This document shows, piece by piece, positions 52,568-64,000 of a stretch of 64,000 bases of DNA. This DNA comes from Podarcis bocagei (lineage: Eukaryota). The position numbers and the translations under genes were made by a program. The notes beneath the pieces are model-generated. The model was not told where the DNA came from. It did no database searches and worked only from the letters and a program-made list of their open reading frames with translations. The DNA is taken from the NCBI GenBank assembly GCA_964188305.1, contig OZ076893.1; one strand, written 5' to 3'. Each line of letters begins with the position of its first letter. Positions within the stretch are counted from its first letter, which is position 1.

Positions 52568-53242
52568 GATGCACAGTTATTTTCAAAGTCATTTTCTAAA
52601 TTTCTATCACAGGGTAAAGTACAAAGAATTATTGTTAGCTGGTCATTGTTAATAATATAAACATTATGAAACTGAAGAAAATTATGCATGCAGCTAAATA
52701 ATTAGGAGTCTTTTAAAAATAAAAGATTTTAGCTTCAACATAGCCAGAAACTGGTCAACGGACTTATTTCTGAATTACTTCAACAAAATCTCATTACCAC
52801 CAAGGGCCTTGGTGAATAAATGCTTTTTAGAGCACTACTTGTTGGGCTATGTTTGACTATACTGTAGAGAAACTAGCCTTCACCAGACTAGCTAGAAAAT
52901 GCATTCAGTGTGCTACACTTTTAAAATTAAAGACGGGTCCTCCTGGTATCGTGCTACATATTGCCAGAGCTAAGGATGAAAGTACAGCACTAAAATTTTC
53001 CTCTTAACATTTTCTCATAAAGAAATGAATATGTCACATTGCACTTAGTACTGAGACTGAGATCTGAAATTTTAGCTACCTTTTAAGCAGAGCTAGGCAA
53101 CAGGTATTCTTATGCAGCCCTAATCTCTGCTTATTGACTTTACATTTATGTATTACCATTCATTCATTCATCAGCTTTAAATTGAAGCAATATATGGATT
53201 TTGTACATTCTTTTCTTTCTTCTGTGCTTTTAATTGGTTTTA

Positions 53243-55680
53243 TTTTTTTTAAATAATATTTATTAAGTTTCCAACAAATTAAGCACAACACTACAAAAAA
53301 GCCAAAAAAGAAAAAAAACATACAATACATAAAAAACAAACAAACATAATAAAAGAAACAAACAAGACAAAACAGAACAAAACAAAAACCATTTAAAATT
53401 TCAATTTCAACATCTTGTCTTTCTTTCCCTTATTTCCTCGACCTCACACCTCCCTTTTTGTATTCCACTTCTGTTAATTGTTTCAGCAATTCCTTTCCAT
53501 CTTCCTCTGTTTTCTATCCTATAATTGTCTTAACACATTCTAACCATATTTTTCCCTTTAAAGCTCAATTAATCTATTTATACTTAATTCCAATTCCTAT
53601 CCATCTTCCCCTGTTTTCTATCTTATAATTATCTTAACACATTTTAATCTACAGATAGGTAGCCGTGTTGGTCTGCCATAGTCAAAATAAAAAAAATTCC
53701 TTCCAGTAGCACACTTCTTCAGAAAGCTCATACCAAGAACTAACTTAGTTGGTCTTTAAGGTGCTACTGGAAGGAATTTTTTTTACATTTTAATCTATTT
53801 ATACTTAATACCTTATAACATTTCTACTGAAGCCATATAATTTCATTCCAACGTTCTTCTAACATTCATTAATTTTACAATATTTCTATAAATAATCTTT
53901 TCCACCAATTCTATCTAGTCCATCAACTTCATCTGCCATTATCCAACACTTCTGTACTTCCAGGAGACAACCATTCTCTCAGCCAGCAAAGAGCTGATGA
54001 TTCACAACAAAGTTTAAGGGTCTGGCAGGGCAGGTCCACCTCCTTCTTTAGCATCCATCAATATCTTAAGTTTTACTCGAGGCTTCCTGCCCTGCCAAAC
54101 AACTCCAAAAACATCCCTCTGCCACCTCCTGATACAATCCATCCCATCCAAAACTTGCACTGTTTGAAACGAAAGCAACATCCCCGGCATCCTAGCAACC
54201 CTCATCCCCACCACAACAACTCGGCCCAACAATAGCAACTTCAGATTTGTCCATATTTCCCAATCCCCCTTCTCTTCAATCCAACGTCCTTCACTGTTAC
54301 CCTTAAATAAATTCACATTTTTGGCGGTCATACTGGCCCCCAAAAACCTCTCTTTCTCAACTGATGTTAGTCCAGTCTCCTCCTGAAGCTCTGTCAGGCT
54401 TTCCTTTCCCAATTCAGGTAGGGCTCTGGTCCTCAAATTCTTCTGTTTTCCTTTAAGTTCCATCATAACAGATGTCACATCGAATTGCCTTTGAATGGAT
54501 GGGGCTCTTTCACACTCCAGTTGTATTATTTTACATTCAGCAGCAAGGGTTTTCTCCCTGACTTCATCCGCAGTTTGCCGTGTCGACGTAAATTCCTGTA
54601 TCGATCTCTGAATGGTTTCTGTGTTAGTGTTCACCTTTTGTCCCAGATTGTCTATTTTCCTGTGAAGCTGTTCCAACGAATCGTTTATTTTCACTAAAGC
54701 GACCACTAAGGCCTCTTCTGTCGACATTTCACCTGTTTTTTTCCTTTCCATTTACCATAACATTTGAGAAATTCAAGGTCAATCTCAGAGTCTCACAGTT
54801 CTTATCTTGCAGCTGGAAGTCCCCCTAGCCCAGCTCTTATAAAGTAACCAATTTCAGAGATTTCCACTAGAGGGAAACAATGTCCCCTTTAAACACAACT
54901 CATACAATCCAAAGTTAATCAAAGTTAATTTCAGATTTCAGATACTTTTTACTCCTTTTTAGAAGCAGCCGGAGACAATAGAAACAATGTATTTCTCTTC
55001 CTTTGCTAGCTGTCAAGGAACGTTCTAAATGCTGTCAATGAACATTCCAAAACGTCAATCCTACTGGCAGCCCGTTTCCAGGGTCAGAGCAGCTTTATTT
55101 TAACTCCTTTCACTCTCTCCTGCAGGCATACTCAGTCCACAACTCCCCCCCCCCTCTTCTCCTGCCTCCTGCTCTTTACCGATGGAAATTTAGGCTTTTA
55201 CAAAAGGCTTTCCAAGACTTCAGCCTACAGCCTCCTTGCCTCAGTCTGTTTACAAGTAGGGAAGGCGGACTTCCTGTTTTGAACCTCCCCGTTTCGATGC
55301 CAAATTAAACTTTTAAAATCCGATTCTCCCGTCTCAGCTCTACTCACGGGTAATTACTTTGGAGTCAAATTGTCCACAGGAAAAAGTCAATGCTCTCCGG
55401 CAACAGCTATGCGGCTTCGCTCCATGGAAGAAGCAGACGATTCGAAGCACCGCGCCACTCACCCCACGTCGCTCCGGATCCCCGAAACCGGGTTTCCCCG
55501 CGAGTAGGGGAGGCGCAAAAGGTGCCCGCCGAATCCCATGTTCACAGGCTTCTCCCGCCTGTGATTTTTACGGGTCTCCGCCTTCGCCGCGGCGGTACAG
55601 ACCCAAATTCCCATGGGGCAAGTTCCTCCCGATCAGAGGAACTCCGCCATTGCCAGAGGCACCAACCTGGAAGTCCCCTC
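53243..55680 (-). mobile_element. Full-length internally deleted L1-like element, 2438 bp
   Basis: 12-bp TSD taattggtttta at 53231-53242 and 55681-55692. 5' end GAGGGGACTTCCAGGTTGGTGCC, CpG-rich leader. 245-aa ORF 54751-54014 joins an ORF1-like coiled coil/NLRxRxLPE to an ORF2-like VWQGRKPRVK...KEGGG.ALPD motif. AATAAA and poly(A) at the 3' end. Confidence 0.85.
53652..53784. mobile_element. Penelope-like element fragment in inverted configuration
   Basis: 13-bp direct repeat acattttaatcta at 53639-53651 and 53785-53797; 24-bp inverted arms 53689-53712 and 53761-53784; GGTAGCCGTGTTGGTCTG and TTAGTTGGTCTTTAAGGTGCTAC motifs recalled from reptile Penelope terminal repeats. Confidence 0.7.
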
Positions 55681-56859
55681 TAATTGGTTTTAGTGTTGTT
55701 TTTAATAGGGTTACTTATTTAATTGTTAGTATTTATACTGATACTGTGTTTCTAGTTGCGTTTGTTGAAATTCAAGCTCTGAGCCGCCTTGGATCCTGTC
55801 CCAAAAGAAAGGCAGGATATAACTTAAATCAATAAAAAATGAATGAGGGATTGATGTTTTCTTAAACAAAAACAAAACAAACAAAACCACCTCATTGACT
55901 TCCCAAACTACATGATTATTTGAGACTAACAGCACAAGACTATGCATGTATATTCAGAAGTAAATACCTCAGGTACGTATGTATAGGATTCCACCCTGAG
56001 ACTGCAATCAGAGTAAGTCTGAGTGAACCTTACTTCTAAGTAGACATGTGCAAATTGGGTTGCAACTCAATTCTCCCGACCCCATATTTAATGGCCACAG
56101 TGCTTTACAACATGTAAGATTCTCATACCAAGGGCTTCCTTAAACCACCCCAGTTCACCCACCCATGGCAAAGCAAACTATGTCAGCTGTACAGCCTGTT
56201 TCTTGTTCTTGGCACAAATGTCCTCTAGGTAACTGAACTTTTCAATCATACTGTCTATGTTTCCGGTTGTACACTACAGTGCCAAACCAGGAGTGCCAGC
56301 AGCTGTTTATGAGGATATAAATGCAACGTGTGCCAATGATGTTCACTATGCTAGTATAAATGTTACGCATATTTCTCCATTAAATGTAACAAAATAGCAC
56401 AGAATATATTCCATTACCAACAGGGGCTGCATATTACACCATTTTAAATGGCTTCTAAATTTTATGATATTAGCTTGGATCAAATGTGCCTTTCTGCTAC
56501 CAGAAATTGGTTGTTTCTGACCTACTGGGAGAGCACTGCAATAGAAAAGTGATTCCCTATCCAAAAAAGTTATTCTACTTGTGCAAGCTCCAGCCCAAGA
56601 TTTGGCACATGCTCTTTCAAAGACTTTATGACCCATTAAAAGTAGTTCATGCACTACTTATTCAACATGCTTCTCAAACTGCAATGCAAACCCTGATATA
56701 CCTTAGTACTGGGCTACAAGTAACCTTCCGCTAGTACTTGCACAAGAGTATAAGAAATAGCATGTAAACATTTTCTTCTTTAGATAAATCCTAATAAAGT
56801 GATTTGGCATTCAGAACAACCCAAGCAATTTTTGCCTTACCTATAACTAGAGATATTCT

Positions 56860-57110
56860 GTGTGGAGCTCCATGTGGGGCTGCCCTTCGGCCTGGTCCAA
56901 AAAGATCCAGCTAGTGTATAATACAGTGGGTCTACGGCTTGTGTGAAGAGGGCTGACTGTATGTGACATCTCTGCTAAAGCATCTGCACTGGCTGCCCAA
57001 ATGCTACTGGGCAGGTTCAAGGTTCATACAAAGCCCTGAACAACTAGGGTCCCGGATACCTTAAAGGCCGCCTGAGTCCTTATACCCCAGTGAGAATATC
57101 CAGAGGAACA
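56860..57110 (+). mobile_element. L2 ORF2 fragment
   Basis: VGLPFGLV..QLVY...LKHLHWLP...KALN.LGPGYLK remnant. Confidence 0.6.
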
Positions 57111-57627
57111 CTGTTATTTGTTCCTGACAAGAAAATCTTTTCTCTGGCCTTCCCCTTTGAACACTTAGATCCTCTCACCTCTGTCCAGAACTATCCTGTC
57201 AAAATCATGCAGCTCTTCCTTCCTTCATGCGATATCATTTCCTCCATAAATACCTCCATTGTCCATGACCTTTAGTCATTCAACTACTATCATCCTCAGC
57301 CTGTCCAAAGGTCTTATACTCTTAGAGCAGGGGTAACCAACATAGTGCCCTCCAAATGCTGTTTGACTACAGCTTCCAATAGCCTTAACCAGCATTGCCA
57401 ATGGGCAGGAATGGTTGAGCTGTAATCTTAACCAATGTTAGAAACTAAAATATGAAAGCTAGGAGCTAAATGGCACCTTAAACCTGGGTTATAGGCGCAA
57501 CAACGGAATGTCTAGGCACACTTTTTAATAACAAGAATACAAAGCTGTAAGTGTATGAACTGCTGCTAGTCCTCATCTGAAGACTGCAAAAAACAAAGCC
57601 ATGCTTCCCCTGCCCGCCTCCCTAATA

Positions 57628-57990
57628 CAGTGGTACCTCGAGATAAGAACTTACAGTGGTACCTCAGGTTACATACGCTTCAGGTTACAGACTCCACTAA
57701 CCCAGAAATAGTACCTCGGGTTAAGAACTTTGCTTCAGGATGAGAACAGAAATTGTGCAGTGGCGGCGCAGCAGCAGCAGCAGGCCCCATTAGCTAAAGT
57801 GATGCTTCTGGTTAAGAACAGTTTCAGGTTAAGAACGGACCTCCGGAACGGATTAAGTACTTAAACTGAGGTACCACTGTAATTTGTTCTGGAGGTCCGT
57901 TCTTAACCTGAAACTGTTCTTAACCTGAGGTACCACTTTAGCTAATGGGTCCTCCTGCTGCCGCCACGGCACAATTTCTGTTCTCATCCT
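57628..57990. mobile_element. Nested pair of Tigger-like MITEs (family C): complete inner copy 57654-57879 inside a truncated outer copy
   Basis: Outer TA|CAGTGGTACCTCGAGATAAGAACT-TA. Inner CAGTGGTACCTCAG...CTGAGGTACCACTG|TA. Outer resumes at 57882 as the reverse complement of inner sequence. Confidence 0.85.
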
Positions 57991-59493
57991 GGCAGAGACA
58001 CCCACCTTGAGTGTCCAGTTCGCAAATCTAAGACTTGCCATATTTTTCCATAAGATGACCCCTAGATCTATTGGAAGTCTAGTGGGGAGGAATTTCTCTT
58101 CCCAGACCCGCAGTGCCAGTTTTAATCTGAAATCTTAGGAGCAGTACTGTATCCAGAGCTCAGAAACTGCTTACTTTTATGAAATTCCCTGTCACTAAAT
58201 GTGCCTAGAAAGATGGTAGTTTCGAATGCTGATCTTAACATCTGGAAGGGCCCATGTTGGCCACCTCATCTAAGAACGATCCCACTTGCTCTCCCTTGCT
58301 GCCCCATTTAAGCCCAGAACACCCAAGTGGTGGCACCATTTTCCTTCAAGTTCCTCATTAACGATCACCTATTCCATGAAGCATCTGGCTTAACTCTTTT
58401 GTTTGTCTCCCATCCCTCGGTAAGTACCCAAATTTAAGGTTCTTCAGGATTTATCTTGATTATATTACTTAGTAAAGAATCACATGCATTATACATAATA
58501 ATAATCTGCCAATGTATTACCTCATACAAATAGAAATTGGATAACTAAATTTATTTTTGTTGTTAGTTTGCATGTTACATAGAACAGTAACTCATATATT
58601 TAAAAGTCATACTTTCAAATAATACTACTACTACTTGTCCAGCTTTAAATCACTTTGTAAGCAAAGAAAAGATAAGAAGAGATAATAAACAGGGAAAATA
58701 AAATGTTTTCTCCTACATGAAGTTATTTAATTGCACTGTTAACAGACTCTTTAAAATTAAAATGATTTTTTCAAAGGAATCTACAACATTCCTTTAAAGT
58801 CAACTTACCTTGTCTTCATTTTCAGCACACTAAAAATCACATTAATAATTTAGAGCAGTATACCAACTGAGATAAGAAACTACAGGAAATGCAACATACT
58901 GATACTCTTAGGATATGATGAACTAAGCAAATAATATTATGTAAGCCCCAGTTAATACACACCCAGCCAAGATCAAACCCATTATACACCTAATGTTTGC
59001 AACAAATATGTCAGGACTTACTTCAACAACCAGCTTATCATTTTAGCAGACCAACAAAAATGAAGGTTCCAAAGCAAACACAGCACAAAAAGCCAGCAAA
59101 TGGATACTGCAATAAGTTGACTGACAGAAAAAGAACCCCATGCACTGTAAGTCAAAATTATTCCTTCATCAGGAGAAATTACTGATGAGCACATTATTCT
59201 TTGCTGTTGTATAGTTAAAATATGGTATGCTGCTTCTAGATACACAGAATTCCCCTCATGAAACGCTACCTTTGGTCTGAGAGAGGTTGGGCTCTTGTCT
59301 CTGTCCTATGGAGATTTTTATGCTGCATTCATTAATATTATCAAGGCTTTTGTGCAACAATATAATGGTATGATGTGCTGAGCTGCATTAGACAAATTAT
59401 TCTGGAATGAAGTACCACATCATACCAACATCATGAATCCTTTTATTAGCCTAGATTGACTAACATTTCACAATATGATCTAGTTGTTCATTA

Positions 59494-59827
59494 AAGGTAA
59501 AGGTAAAGGGACCCCTGACCATTAGGTCCAGTCGTGACCGACTCTGGGGTTGCGGCGCTCATCTCGCTTTATTGGCCGAGGGAGCCGGCGTACAGCTTCC
59601 GGGTCATGTGGCCAGCATGACTAAGCCGCTTCTGGCAAACCAGAGCAGCGCATGGAAACGCTGTTTACCTTCCCGCCGGAGCGGTACCTATTTTTCTGCT
59701 TGCACTTTGACATGCTTTCGAACTGCAGGAGCTGGGACCGAGCCACGGGAGCTCACCCTGTTGCGGGGATTCGAACCGCAGACCTTCTGATCGGCAAGTC
59801 CTAGGCTCTGTGGTTTAACCCACAGCA
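59494..59827 (-). mobile_element. Sauria SINE
   Basis: Same family; perfect 10-bp TSD ttgttcatta at 59484-59493 and 59828-59837. Confidence 0.93.
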
Positions 59828-62465
59828 TTGTTCATTACAGCTCCTTAATTATCAATACATGACATACATGACCCTATATAGTTGATCCAAAAGAATGTCA
59901 TCTAGTAGAAATCCTAATGACATTGCATTTATTAAACTGCAGTCTGGTGGACAAATATGAGCAACCATTATACAAAAATTAAGAGCATTGATTCCCACCT
60001 ACCATTCCTTAACTATTCTAGACATTTACTACTTTTTGGTTAGAAGTTACACACAATACTGGAGTGATATCATGCTCAACTGACTCAAATCTACTAAAGA
60101 CATTTCTAACAAACTCCTCTGCTCCCCAGCTTTAAGTAGCCCAAACAATTTGCTTTAACTGGCTTTGTATTCAACCACTGCTGCACAGGTGGCCACGGAG
60201 CTATAACACGCAGAATTTTTATTCCCAGTTTTATACTTCTGTAACCATACTTCATACTACAACCTCCCTAGAACTTTCTAGCAGTGTTATTAACTATATT
60301 GCCAATACTGTTGTTTTCTATATTGCTTTGCAAAGATAAAATATAAATAAAGACTTCCAACTGCTATACAGGAAGCCATAAATTTGTTACGAAATTGTTT
60401 TAGTGCTATGATCATTCCATGAGCAGAAGGGTTCTTCCATGGGCAATATGATTCTGTCTGATATAATCCAGTGCATTTTATGTGAAATACTGGTAAGATT
60501 TAAGCAATAATTTCTGGAAATATTAGACAATAATCTTAGATTACTAAAACAGTAATTACAGAAATTAGACTCAACAATGAAATGCCACGCATCTTTATTG
60601 AAAAGTCTCAGCAATTTCAATGGGACTTGTTTCCTATTAAGAGTGCATAGTATTACAGCCTAAATATCAGTAGCTTTGTTATGCAAGAAGGCAACCTGCG
60701 AAATTAAAGGTGAAATCAATACCCACCTGCCCAACTGCAACTTTAAGAACTGAGTAGAATTTATGTCAAGGTAAACATGCATTAAGACTGCAGAACTAAA
60801 AAGTGTTTTGGACTTAGAATGAATGAAACCAAGTTTGTTTTGGCCAGTGATGTGGGACAGAACATTTTCCAGCGCTTTATTTTTCCACTTCATAACTTAA
60901 TTAACAACAATGCACAGATATAAATGGAAAATATATTAGGCGAACTTGGCAGTTTCAATGTTTTTAGCATTGCTTACTAAATACAAGTAAAATAAAGATG
61001 CTAAATTAGACCATTCTCTAGCACATAAAAAAAAACTTCTAGTGCAAATTTCCATATGCAAACTAACTTGCATTGGATTTTTTTCTAAAAACTCTCATCA
61101 CTGTTTTCAGTCCTATAATTCTATTTCTGACCTAATATATTTTGCAGTATATTTCCACCTTAGAATAAGGTAGGTGCCATTCATCACAGCACCCCCCACA
61201 ATTTGATGTTGCAAATAATTAAAATGTACCAACACAGAAGTTTTTGCACCCAGGAAACCAATTTACTATCTCACTTAATGGACTTCTGAAACAGCAATGC
61301 AAATGTCTAATCAATATGAGGGCTGTTTCATATTACATGTATGCAGATCTATTTTAATACTCCACATTAGACATGCAGAAGCCAAATACCAATTTGCCCC
61401 TAACAGGTATCTTAAAAATTAAATGAAAGATGTGTGTATATGAAACTGTGATGCAAGAAACAGCTATTACATTAGCCAGATCATGAAAATTCTCACTTAT
61501 TTTCCTTCAGCGTCTTAAGTTTGAGAAAAACATAAACTAAGTTAAAAAAGACATACCGACATATGACAGATACATATTTAAAATGTTCCAACCCTGCCTA
61601 CATGAAAGACATACCAATGACCAATTTTGGCAACTGATCTTAAAGGCAGAGGGATGGGTTTAATGGTGAGCTATTTTTACTCTTAAGTGCAAGCGTCTCA
61701 ATTTGCAGTAAGTGTATATCCTTTGCAATACCAGCAGCTATGCAATGGTGAACTATACTTCTGTTATCAGACCAGTTTTAACAATTATCCACCAAGTCTC
61801 CAACATTCTGCAGTTTATAGTTAAGCCTAAAGTATTCTACAGCCTCTGTGCTCTATTTGCAGAGATTTCCCAAAATGCTTAAACCTTTTGATGCACCAAT
61901 ACAATATTACAAAATATGTCATCATGACTTCACCATGGTGAAATTCCATCAGTAACTAAACTACCTGTACTTGAAAGCATGAAATGTTGTTCTTTAATAT
62001 GGGCAGTGTTAACAATGGCTAGTGTAAACTTGTAACCAACAGAGAATAGTTATGTGTGGCAACTTAAATCCACTGGGTGAAATACAATTATTTAACCTGC
62101 TTGTGTAATGGAACTTCTGGTTTCTCTTTTCCAGTGTGAGAAACTCACGATATATAAGCTAATCGCCAAATGGCACCTTAAGCCAAGGTTGTGGTCACCA
62201 CAACGGAATGTCTAGACACCATTTTTTAACACTGAAATTTATTTTTATTATGATGATTTTTCATTTCATTTCTATACTGCTTTATATTTTAAAGATATAA
62301 TGTGTTTACAACACATTAAAACATCAAATAAAACAATCCTGAGTAAAACAAATGCAAACTTCAAGGAAAATATTTCAGATTCTTCCGTAAGTGACATTTT
62401 GCTTTCCCCTGTTTATTTATTTACCTACTTAATTTATATAGCTGCCCCACAGCTGAAGTAATCTA

Positions 62466-62680
62466 GGAAGCCAGTGTCGTGTAGTGGTTAAAGTATTAGA
62501 CTAGGACCTGGGAGGCCAGGGTTCAAATCTCCACTCAGTCATGAAGCTCACTGGGTGACCTTGGGCCTGTCACCGCCTCTTAACCTACCTCACAGGGTCG
62601 CTGAGGTAGGGAGGGAGGAGGGAGGGAGGGAATGAACCATGTACTCCTTGGAGAAAAAGGTGGGATATAAATGCAGTAAA
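62466..62680 (+). mobile_element. tRNA-derived SINE (Squam3/CORE-like)
   Basis: A box GTGTAGTGG, B box GGTTCAAATC, CORE-like GGGTGACCTTGGGC...AACCTACCTCACAGGGT, L2-like 3' end GGTGGGATATAAAT. Confidence 0.75.
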
Positions 62681-62893
62681 CAAGCTCTTCTGCTTACCAG
62701 CTTAAGAAAGCTGGAGAAGCCAGCCAGATGGAGAGCTGCATGTGGTCACAACTGGACTCAGGCCAGTAGCAAAACACAACTGACTAATTTCTAACACTGC
62801 TCTTCTCGAACCTCCATCTGCCCCCAAAATTTGTTTCAAGGGGTCCCCCGGAAGGGGAAGCCCCATTACATGAGTGGACACCCATTCAAGCTA

Positions 62894-63849
62894 CAGTGGT
62901 GCCTCGCAAGACGAAATTAATTCGTTCCGCAATTCTCTTCGTCTTGCGGTTTTTTCGTCTTGCGATGCACGGTTTCCCATAGGAATGCATTGAAAATCAA
63001 TTAATGCGTTCCTAGGGAAACCGCCTTCAGACCAGGTCCGGGGACAGTCTGTCCCCGGACCTCTTCTGAAGGCTGGGGGGGGGGGACAAGGGCTTTTCTT
63101 CCCACCCCCAGCATTTTAAAAAACCCCGGGACAGCGGAGGACTTCTCCGCTGTCCGGGGCGATCTTAAAATGCTGGCGGGCGGCATTTTAAAATCGCCCC
63201 GGACAGCGGAGGACTTCTCCGCTGTCGGGGCAATTTAAAAGCCCCTGGGAAGGCAGGCAGGGGGGACAAAGACTTTTGCCCCCCGCCAGCCTTCAGAAGA
63301 GGTCCTGGACCTCTTCTGAAGGCTGGCGGGGGCGAAAGTCTTTGCTCCCCCCGCCTGCCTTCAAAAGCTGTCCGGCCCAGGCTTCGCGGACCTCTCCGCC
63401 AGCAGCGGCAGCGCTGCCGCTGCTGGCGGAGACTTGCCGGCATGTCGAAGCCTGCGCGCAGCGCGCCCAGGCTTCGCGGACCTCTCCGCCAGCAGCGGCA
63501 GCGCTGCCGCTGCTGGCGGAGACTCTCCTGCCTTCAAAAGCCGTCCGGGATAGCAGGAAGCGCTTCCCTGCTATCCCGGACTGCTTTTAAAATGCTGGCG
63601 CTGGGGAGCAAAGCCTTTCGGCCCCCGCCAGCCTTCCTGGACCTCTTCTGAAGGCCGGAGGGGGGGGGAAAGGCTTTGCTCCCCACCGCTAGCATTTAAA
63701 AGAGGTCCCCGGAGATTTCCCTATGGGCTTTCGTCTTGCGAAGCAAGCCCATAGGGAAATTCGTTTTGCGAAGCGCCTCCAAAACGGAAAACCCTTTCGT
63801 CTAGCGGGTTTTCCGTCTTGCGAGGCGTTCGTCTTGCGGGGTACCACTG
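62894..63849 (+). mobile_element. pogo/Tigger-like MITE, family A, 956 bp, GC-rich interior
   Basis: Same TIRs and TA TSD. First ~400 bp nearly identical to the 45886 copy; two perfect 40-bp palindromes at 63393-63432 and 63483-63522. Confidence 0.92.
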
Positions 63850-64000
63850 TACAATGGATCTCACCCTTAAGGATATAGCACATAGTTACAATAAGGTGTC
63901 TTCTACTGGGTCAAGCTATTGGCCACCTAGCCAAGTATTTCAGCTGGCAATTCCTTTCCAAGGCAGACATCTCTTTCAGCCCTACTATATGATAAAATTT

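Overview
Vertebrate genomic DNA, almost certainly from a squamate and probably a lacertid lizard (Sauria SINEs of the Podarcis type). No prokaryotic features. It holds the last two coding exons of APCDD1 (+ strand) and coding exons 2-6 of VAPA (- strand), arranged tail-to-tail. The upstream exons of both genes lie outside the window. Introns and the intergenic gap are rich in mobile DNA: a young 5'-truncated RTE-X-like LINE with an unbroken ~2.9 kb ORF, four Sauria SINEs, L2 and CR1 remnants, two full-length but internally deleted L1-like elements with clean TSDs, a Penelope-like fragment, and many TA-flanked pogo/Tigger-like MITEs. Main observations: (1) one MITE family has fixed ends but swappable, palindrome-rich minisatellite interiors; (2) TA-CAG-TA and TA-CGG-TA excision footprints can be read directly against empty-site paralogues in the window; (3) a multi-junction inversion/duplication at about 0.7-4.6 kb appears to split an old L2; (4) a candidate VAPA cassette exon resembles the mammalian long-isoform insert. 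Gene and repeat-family names come from recalled sequence similarity, not database searches. Boundaries of old repeats are approximate.
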